64,000 nt of DNA from an uncultured bacterium (GTDB taxonomy: Bacteria > Chloroflexota > UBA5177 > JANWHV01), in assembly GCA_963827235.1 (NCBI GenBank), contig CAWHAE010000018.1:32001-96000 (forward strand), in the 5' to 3' direction. The notes below the pieces were generated by a model that was not told the DNA's origin, did not search any database, and saw only the letters and a program-made list of their open reading frames with translations. The position numbers and the translations under genes were made by a program. Positions 31,463 to 41,393 of the stretch are shown here, one piece after another. Numbering within the stretch: the first letter of the stretch is position 1; each line of letters begins with the position of its first letter.

Positions 31463-32221
31463 ATGCGCCTCGCGGACAAAGTAGCGATCGTCACCGGCGC
31501 CGCCTCCGGCATTGGCAGCGGTATTGCAGCCTTGTTCGCGCAGGAAGGCGCGCGGGTCGTGATCGCGGACGTCGATTCCGTCCATGGCCCTGAGCTGGCC
31601 GCACGGCTGGGCGCCGAGCGGGCACGATTCGTGCGTACCGACGTCGCCGATGGTGTGCAGGTGCGTGCCCTAGTCGACCAGACTATCGACGCGTTCGGCG
31701 GCCTCGACATCCTGGTGAATGGCGCCGCGATCGTCATCTTCAAGCGTCTCGTGGACACGGAGGAGGCGGAGTGGGATCGCGTGATCGCCACCAACCTGCG
31801 TAGCGTCTACCTGTGCTGTCGCTACGCCATTCCTCGCATACTGGCTCGGGGTGGGGGCGCCATCGTCAATATCTCCTCGGTACGCGCCCTGGCCACCACG
31901 CCGCTGGTCTCCAGCTACGACGCCACGAAGGGAGCCATCCTCTCGCTCACGCGCAGCCTGGCGCTGGAACATGCGCGCGACCACATTCGCGTGAACTGCA
32001 TTCTGCCCGGCTCCGTCGATACGCCGACGTTCCGCGCCAACCTGCGCGCCGAAGGCGAAGAGGAGGAGCGCTACCGCGTCACCGCGGACGCCATTCCGCT
32101 TGCCCGGATCGGCCGCCCACTGGACATCGCCTACGCGGCGCTCTATCTTGCCAGCGACGAAGCGAGCTTCGTCACCGGCACCCCGCTCCTGGTCGACGGC
32201 GGCAAGGTGGCCGCCCTGTGA
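31463..32221 (+). CDS. SDR family NAD(P)-dependent oxidoreductase
   Basis: TGAASGIG, NISS, YDATK (YxxxK) and IRVNCILPG motifs. Confidence 0.95.
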   Translation: MRLADKVAIVTGAASGIGSGIAALFAQEGARVVIADVDSVHGPELAARLGAERARFVRTDVADGVQVRALVDQTIDAFGGLDILVNGAAIVIFKRLVDTEEAEWDRVIATNLRSVYLCCRYAIPRILARGGGAIVNISSVRALATTPLVSSYDATKGAILSLTRSLALEHARDHIRVNCILPGSVDTPTFRANLRAEGEEEERYRVTADAIPLARIGRPLDIAYAALYLASDEASFVTGTPLLVDGGKVAAL

Positions 32222-32244
32222 GCGTTCACCAGGAGGAGGTTGAG

Positions 32245-33433
32245 GTGGTGGAGGATCTTGTCCGGCGGTCGAGAACGCAGCAGGCGATGCAGCAGCAGGA
32301 CCTCGACGCGCTGATCTGCCGCCTGCCGGAGAACGTGCTGCTGCTGACGGGCCACTGGCCTCTCAGCTCGTTCGCCTTCGTGGTCTACCGTCGCGCGGGC
32401 CTGCCGGCGCTGGTAGCGGTGGAATCGGAAGTGCAAGGTGTTCCGCTGCAGGCCTTCGAGGCCGTGCGCACGTTCGCCTGGGGAGTCGTCGAGGCTACCG
32501 ATCCCTACGGCTCGGTACGGCGCCACCTGGCCGACCTCGCCAAAGAGCTGACGGTGGACGGCGGCACGATCGGGTATGAGGGTGCCTTCGAAGCCGTGGC
32601 TCCTGGTCACATGGCAGGTGAGGTGCTGGTACCCGCCGCGCTCACCCAGGCGACCATCCGCGCCGCCGTCCCGAAGGCCACTCTGGTCGACGCCACGGCC
32701 TTTCTGCACCGCTTGCGAGCCCGCAAGACGCCCGCCGAACTGGCCAAGCTCCGGCTGGCCAACGAGAATCGCCGCTCTGGGTCTGGCTGCCTTCCGCGAC
32801 GTGTTCGGGCCGGGCCGCACCGAGGCCGAGGTCGCCGCGCAGGTGGAAGCGGCCATCATGTCCCGCGGCATCGGCTACAAGGGTGCCCGGCAGGTACGCG
32901 CCTGGGCTCAGCTCATGACCGGTCCCGAGTCCGCTCTGGCCTATACACCGCATCCCGCGACGTCCGCGCGGCGTATCGAGCAGGGGGATGCCGGTCTCTT
33001 GGAGTTGGCGACGGTCGTGGACGGCTACTGGTCCGACCTCACGCGGACGCTCGTGGCCGGTAGGCCCGACGCGCGGCAGCACGAGATCTACGACGCGGTG
33101 CTGGCGGCATCCAAGGCAGCCATCCGCGGCGCCCGGCCGGGCATGACAGGCGCCGAGGTGGACGCGTTGGCCCGCCAGGAGATACGGCTGCGCGGCTTCG
33201 GCACGGCGTTCCTCCACCACACGGGCCACGGCCTCGGCTTCAGATACCACGAGCCTCACCCGTTTCTTCATCCGGCCAATGCGGAGCCGATCGAGGAAGG
33301 CATGGTCAGCAGTGTCGAGCCGGGCATCTATGTGGCGGGCTACGGCGGGTTCCGCCTGGAGGAGAACGTGTGCTTCACGGAGGACGGCGTCGAGGTGCTG
33401 TCGCGCTACGAGACCGGCCTGGGTACTCTCTAG
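32245..33433 (+). CDS. M24 family (Xaa-Pro peptidase/creatinase-like) hydrolase, frameshift near 32767
   Basis: Creatinase-N region, then GYWSDLTRT, HHTGHGLG..YHE, EPGIY and FRLEENV. An extra A in AAC GAG AATC shifts the frame. Confidence 0.85.
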
Positions 33434-33468
33434 CGTGAATTGTTGAGACCTAATAGGGGAGAGAAGGC

Positions 33469-34656
33469 ATGGCCGCTGCACTGGAGGGCATCCGCGTACT
33501 CGACTTCTCGCAGATGATGATGGGTCCGTGGGCTACACAGCTCCTGGGCGATCTCGGTGCGGACATCATCAAAGTGGAGCGCCCCAAGGTGGGCGAATGG
33601 GAGCGCGGGCTGGAGACGATGGGGCGGCTGCTCCACGGCGACAGCCCCTTCTTCCTGGCCATGAACCGGAACAAGCGCAGCCTGGCGGTGAACCTGAAGC
33701 ATCCGAGCGCGCACACCGTGCTCGACGCGCTCGTCGAGCGAGTTGACGTGGTGGTGGAGAACTTCAGGCCCGGCGTGCTTACCCGACTGGGCTTCGGCTA
33801 CGAGCGGCTGTCACAGATAAACCCGCGCCTCATCTACTGCTCGGCCAGCGGCTTCGGCTCCAGCGGGCCCTACGTACACCGGCCGGGCCAGGACCTACTC
33901 ATTCAGGCCCTATCGGGCCTGGCCGCCCACGGTGGCCGGGCGAGCGATCCGCCGACGCCCGCGGGCACGGCACTCTGCGATGCCATGGCCTCGATGATGG
34001 TGGCGGTCGGCATTCTCGCCGCCCTGCAGGCTCGCTCCCATACCGGGCGCGGGCAGTTGGTGGAAGTCGACCTGCTTAGTACCGCGATCGCCGCTCAGTG
34101 CCAGGAAGCCGTCGCATACCTCAACGGGCTGCCGCGCTGGGAACGCAGCGAAGCGGGCATAGCCCAACCGTGGCTGGGGGCTCCATACGGTATCTACCCC
34201 ACCGCGGACGGTCATCTCGCGCTGGCCATGAACTCGCTGGGTACCCTGGGCGAGCTGCTCAACCTGCAGGAAGTGGCAGACTACGATGGCGACGCCGAGG
34301 GCGCCTATCGCGATCGCGATCAGATCAAGCGCATGCTGGAGACGCGTCTGCGGGAGCGCTCCACCGCCGAATGGCTGTCGATCCTCGAGCTGCACGACGT
34401 GTGGTGCAGCGATGTGAAGGACTTCGACGGTGTGTTCAGCGATCCGCAAGTGCTGGATCAGCAGGTGGTGGCGGAGCTCGAGCACCCGCGTATCGGTCCC
34501 CTCAAGGTGATACGCGCACCGCTCAAGATGAGCGACACGCCACCGGAGATGCGGCTGCCGCCACCACTCGTGGGCCAGCACACGGCTGAGATCCTGCGCG
34601 AGCTTGGCTACGACGACGAGGCCGTGGAGGCTCTGGCCGCCGAGGGAATGTTCTGA
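33469..34656 (+). CDS. CaiB/BaiF family III CoA-transferase
   Basis: LEGIRVLDFS, LGDLGADIIKVE, NRNKRSL, VVENFRPG and GQDLLIQALSG motifs. Confidence 0.95.
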   Translation: MAAALEGIRVLDFSQMMMGPWATQLLGDLGADIIKVERPKVGEWERGLETMGRLLHGDSPFFLAMNRNKRSLAVNLKHPSAHTVLDALVERVDVVVENFRPGVLTRLGFGYERLSQINPRLIYCSASGFGSSGPYVHRPGQDLLIQALSGLAAHGGRASDPPTPAGTALCDAMASMMVAVGILAALQARSHTGRGQLVEVDLLSTAIAAQCQEAVAYLNGLPRWERSEAGIAQPWLGAPYGIYPTADGHLALAMNSLGTLGELLNLQEVADYDGDAEGAYRDRDQIKRMLETRLRERSTAEWLSILELHDVWCSDVKDFDGVFSDPQVLDQQVVAELEHPRIGPLKVIRAPLKMSDTPPEMRLPPPLVGQHTAEILRELGYDDEAVEALAAEGMF

Positions 34657-35435
34657 TGGATAAAGACCTGGTCGTATTCCGAGCCGAGCCGCCCGCCGGC
34701 ATCATCCGCGTCAATCGCGAGCGCAAGCTAAACGCGATGAACCGCGCCGTCCTCGACGCTATCATGGCCTGCCTGGAGCAGACCGCTGCCGATCCGGCGT
34801 TGCAGGCCACGATCATCACCGGCACCGGTCGCGCCTTCATTGCCGGCGCGGACATCGGCGAATACTGGCAACGGGGTCAGAGCGTGTTCGTCGAGTACCA
34901 GCGACTGGGACGGCTGCTGCTGGAGCGGATAGAGCGGCATCCCAAGCCCGTGTTTGCCGCGGTCAACGGGGTGGCGCTGGGCGGCGGCTTCGAGATCGCC
35001 CTGGCCTGCGATCTGATCGTGGCCGCCGAGAGCGCCGTCTTCGGTCTCCCCGAGCCGCGGCTCGGCCTGGTCCCCGGCGGAGGGGGCACGCAGCGGTTGA
35101 CCCGCACGGTCGGCCGCTACCGTGCCAAGGAGATTCTGCTTTTGGGAAAGCAGCTATCCGCGCAGGAGGCACAGGTCTGGGGGCTGGTCGCCGCCGTGGC
35201 GGCACAGGGCACGGAGGTGCGGGTGGCCCAGGATCTGGCCGAGCGTCTCGCCCGCCTGGCGCCGCTGGCCGTGCGCGCGGCGAAACGGCTCGTCAACGAA
35301 GGCGAGGACGCGTCGCTCGACGTGGCGCTCTCCTACGAGCAGCAGACCCTGATCGCCCTCTATGGCACCGCGGATGGACAGGAGGGGATCAACGCCTTCA
35401 TGGAGAAGCGCGCCGCCGCCTTCACCGGCATGTAG
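34656..35435 (+). CDS. Enoyl-CoA hydratase/isomerase
   Basis: AFIAGADI, ALGGGFEIALACD and GLPEPRLGLVPGGGGTQRL (both catalytic Glu present). Confidence 0.95.
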   Translation: MDKDLVVFRAEPPAGIIRVNRERKLNAMNRAVLDAIMACLEQTAADPALQATIITGTGRAFIAGADIGEYWQRGQSVFVEYQRLGRLLLERIERHPKPVFAAVNGVALGGGFEIALACDLIVAAESAVFGLPEPRLGLVPGGGGTQRLTRTVGRYRAKEILLLGKQLSAQEAQVWGLVAAVAAQGTEVRVAQDLAERLARLAPLAVRAAKRLVNEGEDASLDVALSYEQQTLIALYGTADGQEGINAFMEKRAAAFTGM

Positions 35436-35451
35436 GAGGTCGAGATCGTCC

Positions 35452-36621
35452 ATGACGGAATTGCGCGGCATCACCTGGGACCATCCGCGCGGCTTGGCGC
35501 CGGTGCGCGCTACCTCTGCTGCCTACGAGACGGCGCATCCCGAGGTGCGCATCATCTGGGAGACACGGTCGCTGCAAGCCTTCGGCGACCAGCCACTGGC
35601 GGAATTGTCCGCGCGCTACGACCTGCTGGTGATCGACCACCCGTTTGCAGGCGCGGCCGCGCGGGGAGGCTGGCTGTGCCCTCTGGACGAATGGCTGCCC
35701 GAGGCATTTCTGGACGAGCAGGCGTCGCAAAGCGTCGGGCTCAGCCACGAAAGCTATCGCCATGCCGGCCACCAGTGGGCACTCGCCATCGATGCGGCGG
35801 CGCAGGTCGCCGCCTATCGCCCGGATCTGCTTCGGCGACAGGACCTTGCCTGCCCGCGCACGTGGGACGAAGTGCTGGCCCTGGCGCGCCGCCCGGCCGG
35901 GCCCAAAGTGCTGATGCCGCTGACACCCGTCAACGCCGTGTGCAGCTTTCTCTCCCTGTGCGCGATCTACGGCGACCCGCCCGGCAGAGATCGCGACCGC
36001 CTGGCCGATCGCTCGGTTGGCCTGCAGGCGCTTGCTATCCTTCGCGAGCTCGCGGCCCATGGGCACGCTGCATCGCTGGAGCTCGATCCGCCGCGGACGC
36101 TCGACTTGATGACGCACCAGGACGAGATAGCATACTGCCCGCTGCTGTTCGGCTACTCGAACTACAGCCGGCCCGGCTTCTCTCCGCGCCTCTGCCGCTT
36201 CACCAACATTCCCACGCCGGAGCGTGGTTCGCCGCCGGCCGGTGCGATACTGGGCGGGACGGGGCTTGCCGTCTCGTCGCACTGCCGGGTGGTTGAGGTA
36301 GCGTGCGACTATGCGCGCTATACGGCGAGCGCCGCCTGCCAGCGCACCGTATACGCGGAGTCCGGCGGCCAGCCGGGGAACCGTGTCGCCTGGCTGGATC
36401 CGCGGGTCAACGCCGACGCCGGCAACTTCTTTCTCGACACCTTGGACACGCTGGATCGCGCCTATCTGCGGCCACGGCACGACGGATTCATCGGTTTTCA
36501 AGACCGGGCCGGCACCGTGCTGCACACCGGCTTGCGCGATGGCGGCGAGGATTCCCACCTGTTGGATCGTCTCGACACTCTGTTCCGCGAGAGCTACCAG
36601 TCCGGCGCGGCGGACGCCTGA
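35452..36621 (+). CDS. Solute-binding-protein-fold protein without a signal peptide
   Basis: Starts MTELRGITWDHPRG after AGGAGG. Motifs YDLLVIDHP, ALAIDAAAQV and ILGGTGLAVS. No hydrophobic leader. Confidence 0.8.
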   Translation: MTELRGITWDHPRGLAPVRATSAAYETAHPEVRIIWETRSLQAFGDQPLAELSARYDLLVIDHPFAGAAARGGWLCPLDEWLPEAFLDEQASQSVGLSHESYRHAGHQWALAIDAAAQVAAYRPDLLRRQDLACPRTWDEVLALARRPAGPKVLMPLTPVNAVCSFLSLCAIYGDPPGRDRDRLADRSVGLQALAILRELAAHGHAASLELDPPRTLDLMTHQDEIAYCPLLFGYSNYSRPGFSPRLCRFTNIPTPERGSPPAGAILGGTGLAVSSHCRVVEVACDYARYTASAACQRTVYAESGGQPGNRVAWLDPRVNADAGNFFLDTLDTLDRAYLRPRHDGFIGFQDRAGTVLHTGLRDGGEDSHLLDRLDTLFRESYQSGAADA

Positions 36622-36715
36622 TGAAACGGTCACTACCATGTGCAGGCTGCTCGATAGCGTGCTCTGACTGCCGGTCTGGACCTGGTTGGCTTTGCGATGG
36701 GAGGTGTAAGGAAGA

Positions 36716-37891
36716 ATGGTTATGACGTCGAAACAACGATTCCTGGCAGCACTGCAGCGGCAGCAGCCCGATCGGCTGCCCGTGACTACCCACCACCTGA
36801 TGACGAGCTTTCTTGCGAAGACCAATCACGACATGTCCACTCAGGAGTTCTTCGATCGGTTCGAGTTGGATCCGATCCTCTGGATCGCTCCGATGAAGCC
36901 GGCGACCGGCCAGTACTTCGACCCCGAACACCCGTCCGCCGACTTGACGGTGTTCGGGGAGGCCCGCCGCATCGTCAGCGACCAATGGCGCGTCTACTCC
37001 GAGGATCTGCCCGGTCACGAGTTCGCGACCACCCGCTTCAACTACGTCACACCCAAGGGCACGCTCACCTCGGTCGTGCAATCCAACGAGCACACGACCT
37101 GGGTCACGGAATACCCGATCAAGCGCAAGGAGGACATTGAGCTCATTGCCGAGTTCATGCCGGTGCCGGTCTGCGACGTCGAGGCTGTCAACAAGGCGGC
37201 CGATTCGTTTGGCTCACGCGGCCTCGTACGCGGCGCCGGCTTGTACTTTGACATCTTCTACGGACAGCCGGGCTGCTGGCAAGATGCTGCTTGCCTGATG
37301 GATATCCAGGAGCTCATCCTGGCCACCTTCGACGATCCGGACTGGGTGCACGAGCTGCTGGCCATTCTGCAGGGCATGAAGAAGACGTACATCGCCTCGC
37401 TGAAAGGTGCGCGCTACGACCTGATCGAGCTTGGCGGCGGCGCCGCCTCGTCTACCGTCATCTCGCCAAAGGTGTTCGACCGCTTCGTCGCCCGCTACGA
37501 TGGCGAGCTTATCGATGCCTTCCATGCCGCCGGCCAGCGAGTCGTCTATCACACCTGCGGCGGCATGATGCCTCTGCTGGAGCACGTGGTGTCGATGCAG
37601 CCGGACGCCATGGAGACGTTCACGCCCCCGGCCATGGGCGCCGACGTCGACCTGGCAGAAGCCAAGCGGAGAATCGGAGACAAAGTCTGCCTGATCGGCG
37701 GCTTTGACCAGTTCCATTTCTTCGTCGGCTGCACGCCCGAAGAGACCAGAGCCGAAGTGCGCCGCTGTTTCGAGGCGGCCGGCGGGGGAGGCGGCTATAT
37801 CCTGTGCCCGTCGGACCACTTCTTCGAGGCCGATCCGGAGCTGCTGCAGGCCTTTTCCGCGGAAGCGCGCGCCTGCACCTACTCCGGCTGA
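36716..37891 (+). CDS. Uroporphyrinogen decarboxylase / MtaA-CmuA-like family protein
   Basis: MTSKQRFLAAL..QQPDRLPV, YHTCGGM, CLIGGFDQ and GGYILCPSDH motifs. Confidence 0.85.
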   Translation: MVMTSKQRFLAALQRQQPDRLPVTTHHLMTSFLAKTNHDMSTQEFFDRFELDPILWIAPMKPATGQYFDPEHPSADLTVFGEARRIVSDQWRVYSEDLPGHEFATTRFNYVTPKGTLTSVVQSNEHTTWVTEYPIKRKEDIELIAEFMPVPVCDVEAVNKAADSFGSRGLVRGAGLYFDIFYGQPGCWQDAACLMDIQELILATFDDPDWVHELLAILQGMKKTYIASLKGARYDLIELGGGAASSTVISPKVFDRFVARYDGELIDAFHAAGQRVVYHTCGGMMPLLEHVVSMQPDAMETFTPPAMGADVDLAEAKRRIGDKVCLIGGFDQFHFFVGCTPEETRAEVRRCFEAAGGGGGYILCPSDHFFEADPELLQAFSAEARACTYSG

Positions 37892-37897
37892 GCACGA

Positions 37898-37933
37898 GAC
37901 GAGGCACAGGCCCGCTCGAGCCTGTGCCTCGTC
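37898..37933. terminator. Bidirectional hairpin between convergent genes
   Basis: GACGAGGCACAGG-10 nt-CCTGTGCCTCGTC, a 13-bp perfect stem. Confidence 0.7.
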
Positions 37934-37952
37934 GCCGGCAGTGCGCCCGCGG

Positions 37953-39143
37953 TTATCGCCTGCGCACTGCCGCTGCCATCGAGCGCACGATCTCGGTCAG
38001 GATGGCACGCGTGGTGGCGAAGTTCAGCCGCACGCAGCCTCGGCCCGCCGCGCCGAAGGTCGCGCCGTCGTTCACGGCGACTTTCGCCTCCTGCAGGAAG
38101 AATGCGGCCGGGTTCTCCATCCCGAGCTCTCGGCAGTCCAGCCAGGCAAGATAGGTGGCCTCCGGCATCGTGTAGCGCACCTGGGGCAGATGCTCGGCGA
38201 GGAGCGAAGCAAGAAGCCTGCGATTGCCGTCCAGGTAGTTCAGCACGCGGCGAATGTGGGGCTGCCCTTGCTCGTACGCGGTCCGGTTGGCCAGTATGCC
38301 GAGAATGCTGGCACCGTGTGTCTGCAGCCATGACAGCTTGTCCCATTGCGCGAGGTCCTCGTCGTTGGAAAACACCACCTGGGCACACTTGAGTCCCGGG
38401 ATGTTCCATCCCTTCGAGGCCGACATCAGAGTCACCGCGTGCCGGGCCGCGGCCTCCGATATCCTGGCGTACGGGATATGCTTCCCCGGGGCATACACCA
38501 GCGGGGCGTGAATCTCGTCCACCACGGTACGGGCACCATAGGTTTCTACAAGGGCGGCGAGAGCGCCCAGCTCGTCTGACGTGTAGACGCGCCCAAGCGG
38601 ATTGTGCGGGTTACACAGGACGACGGTGCCCGCGCCGGCCTTCAGCGCCGCTTCCACGCCGTCAAGGTCGATATTCCAGCCTCCGGCCATCCTTGTCATC
38701 GGCACTTCGACGATCTCTCCCGCGCATTGCCGGGCGATCTCGAAGAACGGCGGATAGGCCGGCGTCATCAGCACGACGGCGCTGTTGGGACGCGAATACG
38801 TCCGGATCGCCATTTCGACACCCCGCAGCACGTCGGGGACAGAGCGGATCCGGCGCGGCTCGACGGTGCCACCGAAGCTCGACGCTATCCATGATGCGCA
38901 TGCGGCGGCCAGCGCGGCTTCCGACGTACCGCTCGTGTAGCCGCTGCACCCGTGGTCTACGGCGGCGTGGAGCGCGGCGCGAATCTCGGGCGCCAGCGGG
39001 TAATCCATCTCCGCCACCCAGGCAGCCAGGACGTCGGGCGCGAAGTGCGCCCACTTCTCGGTGCCGCGGAGGCGGATCTCGTCGATCGTGAGACTGTCGA
39101 ATTCGTGTGCGTCCTGGCTCGGAAGCACCGTGTCGCTCGGCAT
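37953..39143 (-). CDS. MalY/PatB family PLP-dependent cystathionine beta-lyase
   Basis: KW..F..DVLAAWVAEMD, LCNPHNPLG, DEIHAPL, SASKGWNIPGLK and RLNFAT motifs. Start at ATG 39143 after GAAGGAG. Confidence 0.92.
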   Translation of the reverse strand: MPSDTVLPSQDAHEFDSLTIDEIRLRGTEKWAHFAPDVLAAWVAEMDYPLAPEIRAALHAAVDHGCSGYTSGTSEAALAAACASWIASSFGGTVEPRRIRSVPDVLRGVEMAIRTYSRPNSAVVLMTPAYPPFFEIARQCAGEIVEVPMTRMAGGWNIDLDGVEAALKAGAGTVVLCNPHNPLGRVYTSDELGALAALVETYGARTVVDEIHAPLVYAPGKHIPYARISEAAARHAVTLMSASKGWNIPGLKCAQVVFSNDEDLAQWDKLSWLQTHGASILGILANRTAYEQGQPHIRRVLNYLDGNRRLLASLLAEHLPQVRYTMPEATYLAWLDCRELGMENPAAFFLQEAKVAVNDGATFGAAGRGCVRLNFATTRAILTEIVRSMAAAVRRR

Positions 39144-39343
39144 GGAGGACTCTCCTTCAAAAAGGCAGATTGCAGACGCAGAATGACCTGAGCGCGGGGC
39201 GAGAGCCGTAGCGACGCCACGAGAGCGCGCAGGCCTGCGCCAGCGATCATATCGCCAAACAGCAATCTTCGTACAAGTCGCGCTCGGCGCCTGAGCCTCG
39301 TTCCAGAGATTCGACACCATACTGTCGGATGGATGCGCTCGCC

Positions 39344-39751
39344 CTAGTGGACGCCCTTGCTCCGCAGGAATGAGCCAAGTCTGACGTCGGCTTCCTTGAT
39401 GTGCTGGCTCAGCCATGACCGGAGGAAGGTGACCAGCGCCTCGTCGACCTTGATCTGACCCGCCGCACAGCGGCGCTGGACCTCGGTCACCCGCTGCAAC
39501 AGACCATCGTGCTCGGCTTTGTGCCGCGCGAAGCCCGGGTATCTGATGGCCGCCATGAGGCGCTCTTCGGTCGCGAAGTGACACGTGGACCCGTCGACAA
39601 AAGCGCTCAGTAGTGTCAGGAGCGGTCCGGGGGGCTCGCTATCGCGCAGCGCGTTGCGCAGCTTGCCAAGCAGGCCGGTCAGCAGCTTGTGCTGCCCATC
39701 CAGGATGCGGACATCGTTGGTGAGATCATCGTTCCACTCTTGATCGATCAT
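39344..39751 (-). CDS. Single-domain bacteriohemerythrin
   Basis: W...L...D.QH, HFATEE, HKAEH and WL..HI...D di-iron ligand pattern. Confidence 0.92.
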   Translation of the reverse strand: MIDQEWNDDLTNDVRILDGQHKLLTGLLGKLRNALRDSEPPGPLLTLLSAFVDGSTCHFATEERLMAAIRYPGFARHKAEHDGLLQRVTEVQRRCAAGQIKVDEALVTFLRSWLSQHIKEADVRLGSFLRSKGVH

Positions 39752-40127
39752 GACCGCCCCCGACACTGTACCGACTCGCTACAGCCAGTCTAGTCGACAC
39801 GGCTCCCCGGTCAATCCCCTGGCTTGCAACACGAGTGAATTCGACGTGCTCGGCATCGCGCGAGGGCCAGCACCCGGTGAGATAGCACATGCGCTTGAGG
39901 CCGGCGCAGCCACCAGGCGCTTGATCGTCCTTGCGAAGCGGCGTCCCGAGCACCGCCGCGGGAATCGCGATGCCGATAGCCGGAAGGCCGACATATGGGC
40001 TGGCCCTAAAGTGCTCGTTCCTATGGCCCCAATGGGTACTGAAAACGTGATTCCGCTCCGATATAGTTGAGTAGCCATGGCAGAGCTATTCGTGTGGATT
40101 GGACGTTTTGCGAATGCGAGGCCCACC

Positions 40128-40259
40128 TTGAACCGCGTTACCTCCGGCGTCCGGTACGGCCACATCTGGAGCAACCACGTAGTACAGCGCGTCGTCATAG
40201 CCATGGGCTCCATCGCCGCATTCGTGGCGGCATCCGGAGCCGGCACCCACTGGTTCTAG
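40128..40259 (+). CDS. Small secreted-type peptide (about 43 aa) ending ASGAGTHWF, putative signal precursor
   Basis: TTG at 40128 after GAGG (alternative ATG at 40077). Basic N-terminus, hydrophobic VVIAMGSIAAFVAA, then SGAGTHWF*. TATAGT -10-like box at 40061. Directly upstream of DUF5317. Confidence 0.65.
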   Translation: MNRVTSGVRYGHIWSNHVVQRVVIAMGSIAAFVAASGAGTHWF

Positions 40260-40414
40260 CCTATTAGAACAGAGTATCAAGCCGGGCGGGGCGCGGGTGC
40301 GCATACCTCCGCCCCGTCCGCACAACCGGCTACACGCGCAATGCCAGATGATTTGATACCCGAGTCCCGGCTCGCCGGCAGAGGCTGCGCGCAGCCGGCA
40401 CTGCCGGAGGCCGC

Positions 40415-41014
40415 GTGCTTCTCGTTCTACCGGTACTCGTTGCGATGCTCCTCGCGATTCTGCGCGGCGGCGCGCTGAGCCATCTGGCAACGCTGCCCAT
40501 ACGAGGGAGCGGGTTCCTGATCGGCTCGCTGGCCGTGCAGCTGGCGGTCTACGCTCCGGGGTTGCGCGGTTCAGCGTTCGTGCTGCATCAGTCGGGCGCG
40601 ATCTATGCCGGCGCCCTGGGTTTGGTGGCGATCGGCGCCCTGCGCAACTGGCAGCTGGGCGCAGCGTTCCGTGTCGCCACGGTTGGACTGGCACTGAACG
40701 TGACGGTGATCGTCCTGAACGGCGGTCATATGCCGGTCGATGCCGGAGCGATGGCCGCGGCAAAGGGCCAGGCGAAGGTACAGGAAATTGCCGCCCAACG
40801 CGTCTACGACAACACCGGCATCGCCACGCCGTCCAGCGAGCTGCCGTGGCTGGGCGATGTTATCCCGGTCCGCCTTGGTTTCGGCTGCGGCAACGTGTTC
40901 AGTGTTGGCGACGTGTTGCTCGCCAGCGGGGCGTCCGTCGCAGCGTACGGAGCGGTGCGCAGGCCGTTTGGCGGGGCAAGCGTTCAGTACTTAGTTGCGG
41001 AGCGTTCCACATAG
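40415..41014 (+). CDS. DUF5317 family membrane protein
   Basis: LRGG.LS.LA.L.IR, LNVTVIVLNGGHMPV, LPWLGDVIPV and VFSVGDVLLASG motifs, with several TM helices. Confidence 0.85.
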   Translation: MLLVLPVLVAMLLAILRGGALSHLATLPIRGSGFLIGSLAVQLAVYAPGLRGSAFVLHQSGAIYAGALGLVAIGALRNWQLGAAFRVATVGLALNVTVIVLNGGHMPVDAGAMAAAKGQAKVQEIAAQRVYDNTGIATPSSELPWLGDVIPVRLGFGCGNVFSVGDVLLASGASVAAYGAVRRPFGGASVQYLVAERST

Positions 41015-41393
41015 CCCGCCAACAGCGAAACCGTCGATTGCCTTGCCTGCCGCCGGGCCCGGCCCGCCGAGCGGGCGGTGGCGGCGATCCCGCATCCAAC
41101 TATCGCAAGCCACGGCGTAGCTGTCCATTGAGCCAGAACGCGCGGCGAGCCCGCTGAACCGCTGCATCCCGCCCGGCTAGCCCGGCCGAGCGCACGGCCT
41201 AGTACGCTATGGCGGTGCCCTGCCGCCCATACGGCGGGCGCGTACAAGCGCCGAGTCCGGCATAGTAGTGACTGGCAACCGGCCACGCATCGGCCGATAT
41301 GTCGATAGAGCATTCCGTGCCGGCCGCAGGGAAGCCGCAATACCGTGCGGGGAAGCCACCCCTGCTTCCCCGGTGTTTGAGCAGGACAGTAGT

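Noticed and set aside
39144-39584. Apparent N-terminal extension of MalY/PatB in the ORF track
   Set aside because: Overlaps the hemerythrin gene in another frame. The RBS supports a start at 39143.
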